Part shown: positions 18,536 to 28,482 of the stretch, one piece after another
How positions within the stretch are numbered: the stretch's first letter is position 1
Layout: each line of letters starts with the position of its first letter
Source of the DNA: a bacterium
GTDB taxonomy: Bacteria; CLD3; SB21
DNA length: 51,692 bases
Assembly: GCA_013360215.1 (NCBI GenBank)
Contig: JABWCP010000023.1
Coordinates: forward strand, 1-51,692
Reading direction: 5' to 3'
Notes under the pieces: model-generated
The model's input: the letters and a program-made list of their open reading frames with translations, nothing else
Databases searched by the model: none
Told to the model about the DNA's origin: nothing
Made by a program: the position numbers and the translations under genes

Positions 18536-19372
18536 TTAGGGGGTGTTTGTCGGGTCCCAAGCCACGCGCAAATTGCAGTTGAATGCATCCAGTCGTGCCA
18601 TGTCTTGATCGGTAATATTAAAATCAAATACGGATGCATTTTCAGTAATGCGCGCCGGTTGTGCTGATTTAGGCAATACAACGATACCGTGTTGTAGCGC
18701 CCACCGAATCAATATTTGCGCGGGTGAGCGTTGATATACCGCGGCGATTTTAGACAGTTCCGGATCATTGATTTTTTGACCTTTGGTCAATGGACTATAC
18801 GCTTCGAGTACGATACCGTTCGTTTTACAAAAGTTAAGCAGTTCATTTTGATAAAGCCAGGGATGAAATTCTACCTGATTGACCATCGGTTTGATGCGGG
18901 CGGATTGCAGCAGTTCATCTAAATGACGCTGCGTATAGTTGCTTACGCCGATGGCGCGGCACAGACCTTCTTCGTATAATTTTTCCAAAGCCTTCCAGCT
19001 TTCACCGCGTTTGCCGCTCACCGGATAGTGAATGAGATATAAATCAACATAGGTCAGATCGAGCAAAGATAGGCTTTCATGGAACGCACGAAGAGAACGA
19101 TCGTACCCGTGATCATCATTCCACAGTTTTGTCGTGATAAAAACATTCTTTCGATCAAGCCCTGATTGTTTCAAAGCAACGCCGACGTCTTTTTCGTTTT
19201 TGTAAAAATGAGCCGTATCAATATGCCGGTAACCGCTACGCAAAGCAAAATCTACGGCCTTTCGTGTTTCATCACCCGGGCCGGTTCGCCAAACCCCTAA
19301 GCCGAAACAGGGTATGTTTACATCGTTGTACAGTCGTTGGGTAGAATGGATATTCAGTGACATATTGTTCAA
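18536..19372 (-). CDS. Aldo/keto reductase
   Basis: GYRHIDTAHFY, FITTKLW, DLYLIHYP, IGVSNY, NQVEFHP, AYSPL, LPKS. Start may be 19363. Confidence 0.95.
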   Translation of the reverse strand: MNNMSLNIHSTQRLYNDVNIPCFGLGVWRTGPGDETRKAVDFALRSGYRHIDTAHFYKNEKDVGVALKQSGLDRKNVFITTKLWNDDHGYDRSLRAFHESLSLLDLTYVDLYLIHYPVSGKRGESWKALEKLYEEGLCRAIGVSNYTQRHLDELLQSARIKPMVNQVEFHPWLYQNELLNFCKTNGIVLEAYSPLTKGQKINDPELSKIAAVYQRSPAQILIRWALQHGIVVLPKSAQPARITENASVFDFNITDQDMARLDAFNCNLRVAWDPTNTP

Positions 19373-19499
19373 AGGTTTACAAAATGAGTGTGTAATGTAT
19401 CAATCTAATGCCGGCCATGGTGCATTCCAATACCAAAATTTACTTTGCCTTTGGCGGTGAAAGATAATAATTTCCGGCGTCTTTTGGGAACATCACAAT

Positions 19500-21296
19500 A
19501 TGAGGTTTTTTATGAGGTTACGTTACTGTTTGATCGCTTTTACGATGATTTCGGCCGCAGCTTGGGCGCAACACAAAACTATGCCCGAGACACTTTTTGA
19601 AGGCCGCTATGTCATGGTGTTGCTCAATAATAGGGATTCCGCGCAATTCATCAAAGCGCAGGAAATGGTAAATGATAATGACGGTCATATCATACACGCG
19701 TTTTTGCCAACCATTATCCAAGGCTATCTGACACGACGCGGTGAAGAAGTGCTTTGCCAAAGCGGATTGGTACGCGAAATCGTGGACTCGGTATTCACCG
19801 GCGATATGACGCGTATGTCGGAACGCGATCGGATGATCGTGCGCGTTTGGAATCAACAATTCAAACCGCTATTGGCGACACGAGGGCAGGAAGAGGACGG
19901 TGACAATGATCGCACGCCACGCGAGGTGCCCGGAAAATATCAGACCAGTGAATACATGATGGGATCCGTGGCCGTCGGTGTTGTTTTTGTAGAAAGCGAC
20001 GGATCGCTGGAAAAAAGTACGGAAAACTGGGATGATTATTCCAAAGAAGATATGATATTTCAAATCCGTAAAGGGCTAGACTGGTGGGCTCAACAAGGCG
20101 GCTACCGTGCGAGTCTGACATGGAATTATGAATTTAAAGACGTGACGACGAAATACGAACCGATTACTCACGCATATAACGATGACGAAAATTGGGTGAA
20201 TGACGCGGCGGCCAAATTGGGTTACGGTGCCGGTGACGGGCGTATGCTCTGTTATGAATATGCCAATGATTTGCGCCATCGTTACAAGACGGATTGGGCG
20301 TTTATCGTATTTGCCGTAGCGGCCGATAATGATGATGACGGTAATTGGAAAAACAGCGAAGCCGTCGCCTGGGCTAATCTGGGCGGGCCTTTGTTGGTGA
20401 TCAACAACCGTTGCGACGGATGGGGACCGGAACGCGCATGGGAAGTGATGGCACATGAAACCGGGCATATTTTTAATGCGTTGGACGAATACCCCGGCGG
20501 ATCACGCGGCAATTCGCGTACCGGTTTGCTCAATGTTATTAACGGTAACGCTGCCGACGGCGGCATCATCAATGAAGAATGTATAATGAAAGCGCATGGG
20601 GATCGCGCGTGCGATTTTACGCGTGGCCAGATCGGATGGATTGATGAAAACAGAGACGGTGTTTTTGTCAGCGATTATCTCAATATCTCGTCACGGTTTA
20701 ATAAAAAAATGATGCTCGCGGAAGCCAAAAAAATCACGCCTTCCGATCTGAAAATTGATTTCGAAGATCCGCGCGTTCGTATGGAGATGGAGCGCAACAA
20801 AAAATTTTATAGCGATGATTTTAAAACCAATACGCGTGGGTGGAACGAAGACGGTGCGTCGTATATCCGAAACGGGGAGTACTCCATCACTAATACCACC
20901 AATTGGTTACAAGACGAATACAGTGACGTCGAAGTACGTGTCCGCGTGCGGTGGGAGAGCGGTTCCGTCTCGGATGCATTTGGCATGGATATGTACAGTC
21001 GCACGACCAATCAATTTTATACCTGCGTGATCAATCAACGCGGGGAAGTCATGGCTATGCAGATCAAAGCCGGCGAAGGATATTATCCCGAATGGAAAAA
21101 AGTAGCCTCGCTTCAGAAAACCGGTATCAACGAACTCGCTATGCGATGCGAAAAAAACACGATAACGATGTACGTCAATGGCGCGCAGGTTGCCAGCTAC
21201 ACGGATGACGGTGTGGATCAGCGCGGCGTCGGTTTGCGGGCAGACGAAGGCGTTCGTGCGGCATTTGACGATCTGGAAATCAAAAAAATAAAATAG
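19500..21296 (+). CDS. Secreted metzincin-like zinc metallopeptidase with a C-terminal beta-sandwich domain
   Basis: Signal peptide; HETGHIFNALD zinc motif; CIM Met-turn; C-terminal YVNG...FDDL concanavalin/DUF1080-like pattern. Confidence 0.75.
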   Translation: MRFFMRLRYCLIAFTMISAAAWAQHKTMPETLFEGRYVMVLLNNRDSAQFIKAQEMVNDNDGHIIHAFLPTIIQGYLTRRGEEVLCQSGLVREIVDSVFTGDMTRMSERDRMIVRVWNQQFKPLLATRGQEEDGDNDRTPREVPGKYQTSEYMMGSVAVGVVFVESDGSLEKSTENWDDYSKEDMIFQIRKGLDWWAQQGGYRASLTWNYEFKDVTTKYEPITHAYNDDENWVNDAAAKLGYGAGDGRMLCYEYANDLRHRYKTDWAFIVFAVAADNDDDGNWKNSEAVAWANLGGPLLVINNRCDGWGPERAWEVMAHETGHIFNALDEYPGGSRGNSRTGLLNVINGNAADGGIINEECIMKAHGDRACDFTRGQIGWIDENRDGVFVSDYLNISSRFNKKMMLAEAKKITPSDLKIDFEDPRVRMEMERNKKFYSDDFKTNTRGWNEDGASYIRNGEYSITNTTNWLQDEYSDVEVRVRVRWESGSVSDAFGMDMYSRTTNQFYTCVINQRGEVMAMQIKAGEGYYPEWKKVASLQKTGINELAMRCEKNTITMYVNGAQVASYTDDGVDQRGVGLRADEGVRAAFDDLEIKKIK

Positions 21297-21322
21297 TCTC
21301 ATACGATACGAGGAGATAGAGT

Positions 21323-23026
21323 ATGTCTGATATTCAACGCGATGTGCAGGAAATGGATGTAGTATTTGTCGGCGCCGGTCCTTCTAATTTGGCCTCGGCG
21401 TATCATCTCTCCCGTCTCATCAAAGAACATAACGAAGCCGTTGCTGCCGGAAAAAAACAGGGACAGAAACTGGAAATCATGGCGGCTATTGTCGAAAAAG
21501 GAAAAAACGTCGGCGATCATATGTTATCCGGTGCGATCCTTGATCCGTCGGCGATACGTGAACTGATGCCGGATTTTAAGGAAAAAGGATTTCCGATCGA
21601 ATCCGAAGTCAGCGGTGAATCGGTTTATTTATTATCAGAATCCGGAAAAATTAAATTTCCGATCATTCCTCCGACGCTACAAAATCACGGAACATACATT
21701 GTTTCGCTTAATAAAATTGCCGATTGGCTCAAAACGCAGATCGAAAGCGAGTTTGGCGATAGCGTATTTATTCTTACCGAACAAACCGGTCGTGAAATGT
21801 TGTACGACGGTGACAAAGTGATCGGTGTACGGCTGGGCGATAAAAACGTGGATCATCACGGCAAACCGAAATCCAATTTTGAACCCGGCGCAGATATTCA
21901 TGCCAAAGTAACAGTGCTCGGTGAAGGGCCGCGCGGAAGTTTGACTAAACAACTCGTACCGCGCCTCAAACTCAATGAAGATCGCAATCCGCAAGTGTAT
22001 GGTACCGGAGTGAAAGAAATTTGGGAATTGCCGGCCGGTCGTCTCAAGAAAGGCATGGTTATTCATACAGCGGGGTGGCCGCTTCCAAGTAATCATTACG
22101 GTGGAAGTTGGCTCTATATGATGAGCGACACGACATGTTCGATAGGATTCGTTTCGGCATTGGATTACAGCAATCCATCGTTTGATCCGCACGGCGCGTT
22201 TACCAAATTTAAAACCCATCCTTACATTGCCGGATTGCTCGAAGGCGGTAAAATGGTTTCCTACGGAGCTAAAACGGTTTCTGAAGGTGGCTATTGGTCC
22301 ATGCCCAAACTGTATGCCGACGGCGTAGTATTGGTCGGCGAATCCGGCGGGTTTCTGAATATTTCCAGACTTAAGGGCATTCACCTCTCGATGAAATCGG
22401 GCATGCTGGCGGCGGAGGCAATCTTTGAAGCGTTGCTCAAAAATGATTTTTCATCCCAATCGCTCAAGCGTTATGATGATCTTTTCCGCGCAAGCTGGGC
22501 TTACAAAGAAATGTGGGATGCTCGCAACTGGCGACAAAATTTCACCGGCAGTTTTTACAGCGGCATGATGAAAGCCGGATTGCAGATATATCTGACAGGC
22601 GGGGGAACAAAATCCCGCGTCCCGCTGCATGAGGATTACAAGCACATGAAAAAAATATCGGAAGCCGGTGCAGCTATCGAAAAAGTCAAAGCCGATGAAA
22701 AACTGACGTTTGAAAAACTTACAGACGTTTATTACTCCGGCACTAAGCATGAAGAACATCAGCCATGCCATTTGGTGATCACACCGGACGATCTGGCGAA
22801 TATTTGTAATACCCGATGCAAAGAAGAATATGGCAATCCATGCCAGCACTTCTGTCCTGCGCAGGTATACAATATGATCACACCCGAAGCGGGTAAACCG
22901 ACACAATTGCGTATTGATTTTTCTAATTGCGTACATTGCAAGACTTGCGATATCGCCGATCCTTATCAGGTTATCAATTGGGTTACGCCCGAGGGCGGGG
23001 GCGGGCCTGTTTATAAGAATATGTAA
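21323..23026 (+). CDS. Electron transfer flavoprotein-quinone oxidoreductase
   Basis: VGAGPS FAD motif, HMLSGA, GVKEIW, KGIHLSMKSG, and 4Fe-4S ligands CPAQVY...CVHCKTCDIADP. Confidence 0.95.
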   Translation: MSDIQRDVQEMDVVFVGAGPSNLASAYHLSRLIKEHNEAVAAGKKQGQKLEIMAAIVEKGKNVGDHMLSGAILDPSAIRELMPDFKEKGFPIESEVSGESVYLLSESGKIKFPIIPPTLQNHGTYIVSLNKIADWLKTQIESEFGDSVFILTEQTGREMLYDGDKVIGVRLGDKNVDHHGKPKSNFEPGADIHAKVTVLGEGPRGSLTKQLVPRLKLNEDRNPQVYGTGVKEIWELPAGRLKKGMVIHTAGWPLPSNHYGGSWLYMMSDTTCSIGFVSALDYSNPSFDPHGAFTKFKTHPYIAGLLEGGKMVSYGAKTVSEGGYWSMPKLYADGVVLVGESGGFLNISRLKGIHLSMKSGMLAAEAIFEALLKNDFSSQSLKRYDDLFRASWAYKEMWDARNWRQNFTGSFYSGMMKAGLQIYLTGGGTKSRVPLHEDYKHMKKISEAGAAIEKVKADEKLTFEKLTDVYYSGTKHEEHQPCHLVITPDDLANICNTRCKEEYGNPCQHFCPAQVYNMITPEAGKPTQLRIDFSNCVHCKTCDIADPYQVINWVTPEGGGGPVYKNM

Positions 23027-23086
23027 ACAAAAAATGGGGGTTTTATGAAAAAGGGAAAAAGAGTAAAGAGAAGAGATATTAGTAGT

Positions 23087-24421
23087 ATGAAGTTAGGTTG
23101 GTTTATCCTGTTAATTACGGTTTGTATGTCGAACGTCAATTCGCAGGAAGCACAGGCGTATTTTGATGATGGTGGTAAGATGGCGGTTATTGACGCGTCG
23201 ACCAATACCAGGCTCAATTTATTCCCGTCGTATGAAGGCTTTATCGAGGCACGTCTATTTGAAACGGAAGACGGCGAATACATGCTTGAAATTTTGTATC
23301 AAGCCAACCATAAAATACTGCGTCAGCGTATTCCTCAAAATGGGGATCAGGTGCGTGCGCTCCGCGAACGTATTGCCTCAGGTAAAACTCAACAACAAGC
23401 GTCGGTTATCAATCAGGAAGGGCGCGTGCGTTTGTTATCGGTCGCTGCCGGAGCTTCATTGGGTTATTATGCCATAGCTGTACCGATCATCGCGAAAGTT
23501 GAAGGACGCGCCGCCGTAGGATTGTATTTACTAACCGGGGGCCTTGGTTTTTATGTTCCGTACCAGATTACTAAAAACATGTCTATCACTCATGGTGCGG
23601 CAGATGGTTATACCTATGGTTTGTTTCATGGTGCAGGTTACGGGGCAGCAATAAATTTTTTAGCTTCCGGAGGCGATATTACAGGTCGTCAATTTTTATT
23701 TTCGACCAGTGTCGGCAGTATAGCCGGAAGCATATTGGGGTATCAATATGCTAAACGTAATAATCTTTCTTCCGGCGATGTCGCCGTGTACAATATCGGC
23801 GGATTATATGGAACAGGGATGGGGCTCGGTGCCGCGGCGCTCACAGAAACAAAAAAATCTCGTATTTACGCGGCCTCCGGTTTAGTAGGAAATATGGCAG
23901 GACTGGTTATTGGCCATTCGTTTTTGAATGCGCAACACTATACGTCCGGCGATATGGATATGGTTATGAATTCAGGTGCTTTAGGTGCCTATCTTTTACC
24001 GTCCGTTCTTCTGCCGACTAAATTAAAAGATAATCGCATCTACATCGCTGCAACGATGACCGGTGGAACACTTGGTTTGATGATGGGCAATAATCTGATC
24101 CGTGGCAAGGATTTTACGGCTTCTCAGTCGCGCGTAATTGCACTGGGCGGCGCAGCGGGTTTACTGACAGGTGCCGGCATAGCCTATCTTGTTGCTCCGG
24201 AGGACAAACCGCGTTGGTACGTCGCATCCAGTGCCGTCGGTGGTTTGATCGGGTTCTCATGGATGTATGCCTCAAATAAAGATAAAGTAGAACACGAATC
24301 CGGAAATAAAACATCGTTAAAAATTCGATTTATGCCTGAAAATTATCTGATGGCAAAGTTGGCGCGGCACGAAAGAAATTCACCGGGTTTACCAATAATA
24401 ACAGCGAAATTAATTTTTTAA
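23087..24421 (+). CDS. Exported/membrane protein with five Gly-rich helical-hairpin repeats
   Basis: Signal peptide from ATG 23087 (alternative start 23045); ~58-60-aa repeats with GxxxG patterns; ends in ITAKLIF. Confidence 0.75.
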   Translation: MKLGWFILLITVCMSNVNSQEAQAYFDDGGKMAVIDASTNTRLNLFPSYEGFIEARLFETEDGEYMLEILYQANHKILRQRIPQNGDQVRALRERIASGKTQQQASVINQEGRVRLLSVAAGASLGYYAIAVPIIAKVEGRAAVGLYLLTGGLGFYVPYQITKNMSITHGAADGYTYGLFHGAGYGAAINFLASGGDITGRQFLFSTSVGSIAGSILGYQYAKRNNLSSGDVAVYNIGGLYGTGMGLGAAALTETKKSRIYAASGLVGNMAGLVIGHSFLNAQHYTSGDMDMVMNSGALGAYLLPSVLLPTKLKDNRIYIAATMTGGTLGLMMGNNLIRGKDFTASQSRVIALGGAAGLLTGAGIAYLVAPEDKPRWYVASSAVGGLIGFSWMYASNKDKVEHESGNKTSLKIRFMPENYLMAKLARHERNSPGLPIITAKLIF

Positions 24422-24445
24422 ATTAACTATCTACTTCAGGAATGT

Positions 24446-24856
24446 ATGTTTAGCTTTTTCCAACGCCACTCTCATATTGCCGTTTTATTTCTTCGCATCG
24501 GGACAGGCTTCGTTTTTATCTATCACGGATACAATAAAATATTTGCACCGGGCGGGATCGAACGATTCACAGGATATCTTTCCGGTTTAGGGTTTCCATT
24601 ACCGTCCATGTTAGCCTATATGTCGGGTGGAGTTGAGTTTTTCGGAGGATGTATGCTCGCGCTGGGATTGCTTACACGCCAGGCGAGCCTGTTGTTGATC
24701 GTCAATATGCTGGTAGCCGTTTTTATCGCACATCGCCATGATACCTATTCGCAAAAAGAACATGCGATACAAATGCTGGTTCTTTCGATCGGTACGCTCT
24801 ACAGCGGCAGCGGCGCATTCTCGTTAGAGAATCTGGTTAAAAAACACGGAGACTAA
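24446..24856 (+). CDS. DoxX family membrane protein
   Basis: LRIGTGFVFIYHGYNK, EFFGG...GLLTR, GSGAFSL. Confidence 0.9.
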   Translation: MFSFFQRHSHIAVLFLRIGTGFVFIYHGYNKIFAPGGIERFTGYLSGLGFPLPSMLAYMSGGVEFFGGCMLALGLLTRQASLLLIVNMLVAVFIAHRHDTYSQKEHAIQMLVLSIGTLYSGSGAFSLENLVKKHGD

Positions 24857-24858
24857 AC

Positions 24859-25041
24859 ATGACGTACAGTGAAATGAAAAAGATGTGCGAAGATATTGAT
24901 TATTACGCCGGTCACAAATTAAAACCTGATGACGCGTACGAATTCAAAAAATTGTATAACCGAATCAAAGATGACGAAGATCTGGATAGTTTGTCGCAGG
25001 AAAAATTGAGAAAAATTCATGATATATATCTTAAAAAATAA
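24859..25041 (+). CDS. Small hypothetical protein (60 aa)
   Basis: GGAGA SD; fits exactly between the DoxX and YbjQ genes on the same strand. Confidence 0.6.
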   Translation: MTYSEMKKMCEDIDYYAGHKLKPDDAYEFKKLYNRIKDDEDLDSLSQEKLRKIHDIYLKK

Positions 25042-25052
25042 GGAAGAGTGCT

Positions 25053-25367
25053 ATGCTGGTTGTAACCACCAATAACATCGAAGGCAAATCCATCAAGACA
25101 TATTACGGCGTCGTCGGAGGGGAAGCTATCCTCGGCGCTAATATTTTCCGTGATTTTTTTGCGGGTATACGCGACATCGTCGGCGGCCGTTCGGCATCGT
25201 ATGAAGAGGAATTGCGCAAAGCCAAAGGTATTGCAATACAAGAAATGGAAGCGCAAGCCGCGGCGTTGGGAGCCAATGCCGTGATCGGAGTAGATCTGGA
25301 TTATGAGACTATCGGTCAAAGTATGCTGATGGTCACAGCGGCGGGTACGGCCGTTTACATCGAATAA
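25053..25367 (+). CDS. YbjQ / UPF0145 family protein
   Basis: [48 protein letters not shown]. Confidence 0.93.
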   Translation: MLVVTTNNIEGKSIKTYYGVVGGEAILGANIFRDFFAGIRDIVGGRSASYEEELRKAKGIAIQEMEAQAAALGANAVIGVDLDYETIGQSMLMVTAAGTAVYIE

Positions 25368-25370
25368 TTT

Positions 25371-26009
25371 ATGTTCACAGGACTTATTGAAGAAACGGGT
25401 ATAGTGGCCTCCGTCATTCCGGTGGGTCAAGGGCGACGTTTTACGATTCGCGCATCTAAAGTCATGGATGGATTATCTATAGATGACAGTGTCGCTGTCA
25501 ATGGATGTTGTCTCACGGTGATCGCGCGAACGAGCGATTCGTTTGATGTGGAGGCGGTAGAGCAGACGTTATCCAAAACCACACTTGGCGAATTTCAAAT
25601 CGGCATGGTGGTTAATCTGGAACGTGCGATGCAACTCAACGATCGTTTGGGCGGCCATTTGGTACTGGGACACGTGGACGGTGTAGGTTCTATCGTGACC
25701 ATCGAAGAGCGTTCTTTGAGTCACTGGGTAACGATAGCCATACCGCCCGAATTGGAAAAGTATGTTATTGCGGTAGGTTCGATCACACTGGATGGCATCA
25801 GCCTTACGGTGGCGGATTTGAAGGAGAATCGCGTATCTGTGGCGATCATACCGCATACTTGGAAAGTAACCAATTTCGCCAAACGATCTCCCGGTGACCG
25901 AATCAATGTGGAAGTGGATCTGATCGGAAAATACGTGGAGAAATTAATGACACGAAAACCGGAAGAACAGAAAATCACAGCCGAATGGCTCCTGGATCAG
26001 GGAAAATAG
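25371..26009 (+). CDS. ribE: Riboflavin synthase (alpha chain)
   Basis: MFTGLIE N-terminus, SVAVNGCCLTV, VNLERA, GGHLVLGHVDG, IIPHT. Confidence 0.96.
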   Translation: MFTGLIEETGIVASVIPVGQGRRFTIRASKVMDGLSIDDSVAVNGCCLTVIARTSDSFDVEAVEQTLSKTTLGEFQIGMVVNLERAMQLNDRLGGHLVLGHVDGVGSIVTIEERSLSHWVTIAIPPELEKYVIAVGSITLDGISLTVADLKENRVSVAIIPHTWKVTNFAKRSPGDRINVEVDLIGKYVEKLMTRKPEEQKITAEWLLDQGK

Positions 26010-26011
26010 AT

Positions 26012-27136
26012 ATGCACTTTAACACCATCGAAGAAGCCGTAGAAGATTACAAAAAAGGTAAGATCGTCATCGTAGTAGATGATGAAGACCGCGAAAATGA
26101 AGGCGATTTTATCATGGCCGCTGAAAAAGTCACTCCGGATGCGGTTAACTTTATGGCTAAACACGGCCGTGGTTTGATATGTTTGTCCATCACACGTCAA
26201 CGTGCCTCAGAACTCGAACTCAATATCATGGTAGATCGCAACACCTCATTGCACACGACTCCGTTTACCGTGAGCATTGATGCCAAAGAAGGCACGACAA
26301 CCGGGATATCGGCTGCAGATCGCGCAAAAACTATTTCCGTAGTGATAGATCCGGTGACGCGACCGGAAGACCTTGCACGTCCCGGCCATGTTTTTCCTTT
26401 GGTGGCACGTGACGGCGGCGTATTGGAACGCTCCGGTCATACCGAGGCGACCGTAGATCTTGCACGCCTGGCGGGTCTTTATCCGGCAGGAATATTATGC
26501 GAAATCATGGATGATGACGGTTCGATGGCGCGTGTACCGAGGCTGATGGAGATGGCTAAAACTTTTGATCTCAAAATAATTACCATCAAAGATCTGATCG
26601 AATACCGTCGCCGGATGGAACGCTTCATTCGCCCCGTAGTCAAAGATGTCGAATTACCGAGCCGTTATGGGAATTTCTCCGTTACGGTGTATGAAAACAT
26701 ACTCAACGGCGATCAGCACATTGCAATAACCAAAGGTTTGATCAAAGGTGAGGATGCGATTCTCGTTCGTGTACAGGTTGAGAATACGATGGGTGACGTG
26801 TTTGGTTCATTGACCGGAAATAATTCATCGCATGTATCCGACAGCTTACGTATGATCGAATCAGCCGGAAGGGGCGTCGTGCTGTATCTGCGTGAAAATG
26901 ACCAGCGTTCGCTTGGTCTGTTTCCATCCGAAGATGTATCTTCGTTGGACAGCCACCATTCGCGTGACACAGATAAAGATTGGCGTACCTTGGGTGTCGG
27001 ATCTCAAATATTGGTTGATCTGGGAGTACGTCGCCTTAAACTTTTGACCAACAACCGAAAAAAATATGTAGGACTTGAAGGTTATGGGTTGGAAATCGTA
27101 GAGCAGATTCCGATCGTGTCGCAAGCCAAAGTTTAA
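26012..27136 (+). CDS. ribB: 3,4-dihydroxy-2-butanone-4-phosphate synthase fused to a degenerate GTP cyclohydrolase II domain (RibBX-like)
   Basis: Intact [17 protein letters not shown] and CEIM. The C-terminal domain lacks all three Zn-binding Cys and the QEGRG motif. ATG at 26012. Confidence 0.92.
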   Translation: MHFNTIEEAVEDYKKGKIVIVVDDEDRENEGDFIMAAEKVTPDAVNFMAKHGRGLICLSITRQRASELELNIMVDRNTSLHTTPFTVSIDAKEGTTTGISAADRAKTISVVIDPVTRPEDLARPGHVFPLVARDGGVLERSGHTEATVDLARLAGLYPAGILCEIMDDDGSMARVPRLMEMAKTFDLKIITIKDLIEYRRRMERFIRPVVKDVELPSRYGNFSVTVYENILNGDQHIAITKGLIKGEDAILVRVQVENTMGDVFGSLTGNNSSHVSDSLRMIESAGRGVVLYLRENDQRSLGLFPSEDVSSLDSHHSRDTDKDWRTLGVGSQILVDLGVRRLKLLTNNRKKYVGLEGYGLEIVEQIPIVSQAKV

Positions 27137-27346
27137 ATGAAACTTTCTCTATCGTAATCCGTTCTTGATAATAATAAATTGAGTTGAATAATGTGGACTG
27201 CATCACGGCTTGCTATCGGCATTATTAAGAATTGTGTTGCTTTGGATAATCCTGTATTAAGGTCTATGTGTTGTACTCGATCTAGTGAAAATATGGGCAT
27301 ATAGGAATTTAGTATGAATCTAAAATTCTTTTCTAAATCAAAAAAA

Positions 27347-28384
27347 ATGCGCCATTTTAATCTCTTACTATTGCTCTTATTGAGCGCTATGGGACAGTTA
27401 TTCTGTGTTCAGGAAAATGTCGAGAATAATTTTTTTATTTTACATAAAATACTTAATGCCCATACATCGGATGTATGGGCACTTCGTTTTAATCCGGATG
27501 GGACATGGTTGGCCAGCGCTAGTGTTGATAGCACGGTAAGAATATCTTCAGTAACCGACGGTACGAATTTAGTACTATTAAAACATCCTCAAGGTGTAAC
27601 TTCGCTTGATGTTAGCGCGGATGGGAAGTATATAGCAACAGCCAGCTATGATCAAAAAATCAGGTTATGGGATATTTCGACAGCAGCTTTGCATAGAGTA
27701 TTCTCTGGTCATTTAGGCACGGTATGGGCTGTGGCTTTTAGTCCGGATGGAAAATATATGGTCAGTTGCGGAGAAGATCGTACAATCCAACTTTGGAACA
27801 TGACAGATAGTACTCCTGTTAAAACTTTTAGTGGACATCAACGCAATATTTGGTCAGTCAAATTTACTCCGGACGGGACTAAGCTTATTAGCGGTAGTTT
27901 TGACAATACTATCAAGATATGGTATGTTGCGACAGGTGCGGAAATACTGACTTTAGAAGGGCATAAAGAAGCAATCGTTGATTTGGCGATCAGCTCTGAT
28001 GGGAGATTGCTTGCCAGCGGCAGTGATGATGCAACGATCAAACTTTGGAGTTTGCTAGACGGAAGCCTCATTCGAACTTTATACGGTGGCGGCGAGCATG
28101 TTCAAGCGTTATGCTTCAGTTCTGACAACAAACTGCTCCTGAGCGGCGGTCGCGATAAAACATGGTTCGGTGAATTTATGCAGAATATTTTTGGTGATTC
28201 AGAATATCACAAAGGCACAAGTATGCGATTGTGGGACGTTTCTACAGGTATGGTCTTACAGGATTTTTCAGATCATGCTAATGATGTGAACGATGTCACA
28301 TTCTCACACGACGGCCAATGGGTAGCCAGCGCCAGCAGCGACAAAACAGTGCGTTTGTATAAACGTAAATCGTGGGATAAATAA
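27347..28384 (+). CDS. Exported seven-bladed WD40 repeat protein
   Basis: Seven GH...SPDG...D.TI.LW repeats; hydrophobic signal from ATG 27347 (alternative start 27314). Confidence 0.9.
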   Translation: MRHFNLLLLLLLSAMGQLFCVQENVENNFFILHKILNAHTSDVWALRFNPDGTWLASASVDSTVRISSVTDGTNLVLLKHPQGVTSLDVSADGKYIATASYDQKIRLWDISTAALHRVFSGHLGTVWAVAFSPDGKYMVSCGEDRTIQLWNMTDSTPVKTFSGHQRNIWSVKFTPDGTKLISGSFDNTIKIWYVATGAEILTLEGHKEAIVDLAISSDGRLLASGSDDATIKLWSLLDGSLIRTLYGGGEHVQALCFSSDNKLLLSGGRDKTWFGEFMQNIFGDSEYHKGTSMRLWDVSTGMVLQDFSDHANDVNDVTFSHDGQWVASASSDKTVRLYKRKSWDK

Positions 28385-28482
28385 ATAATTTTGATAAGAA
28401 GCCGATTGTGATTAACTAAATCGCTATACTATAGAAAGCTCGACTGGGCGAGTGCAATGACCATAGGAAGCGTTGAGATGCT

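Noticed and set aside
25340-25371. FMN riboswitch before the riboflavin genes
   Set aside because: ribE starts 3 nt after the ybjQ-like stop; there is no leader.
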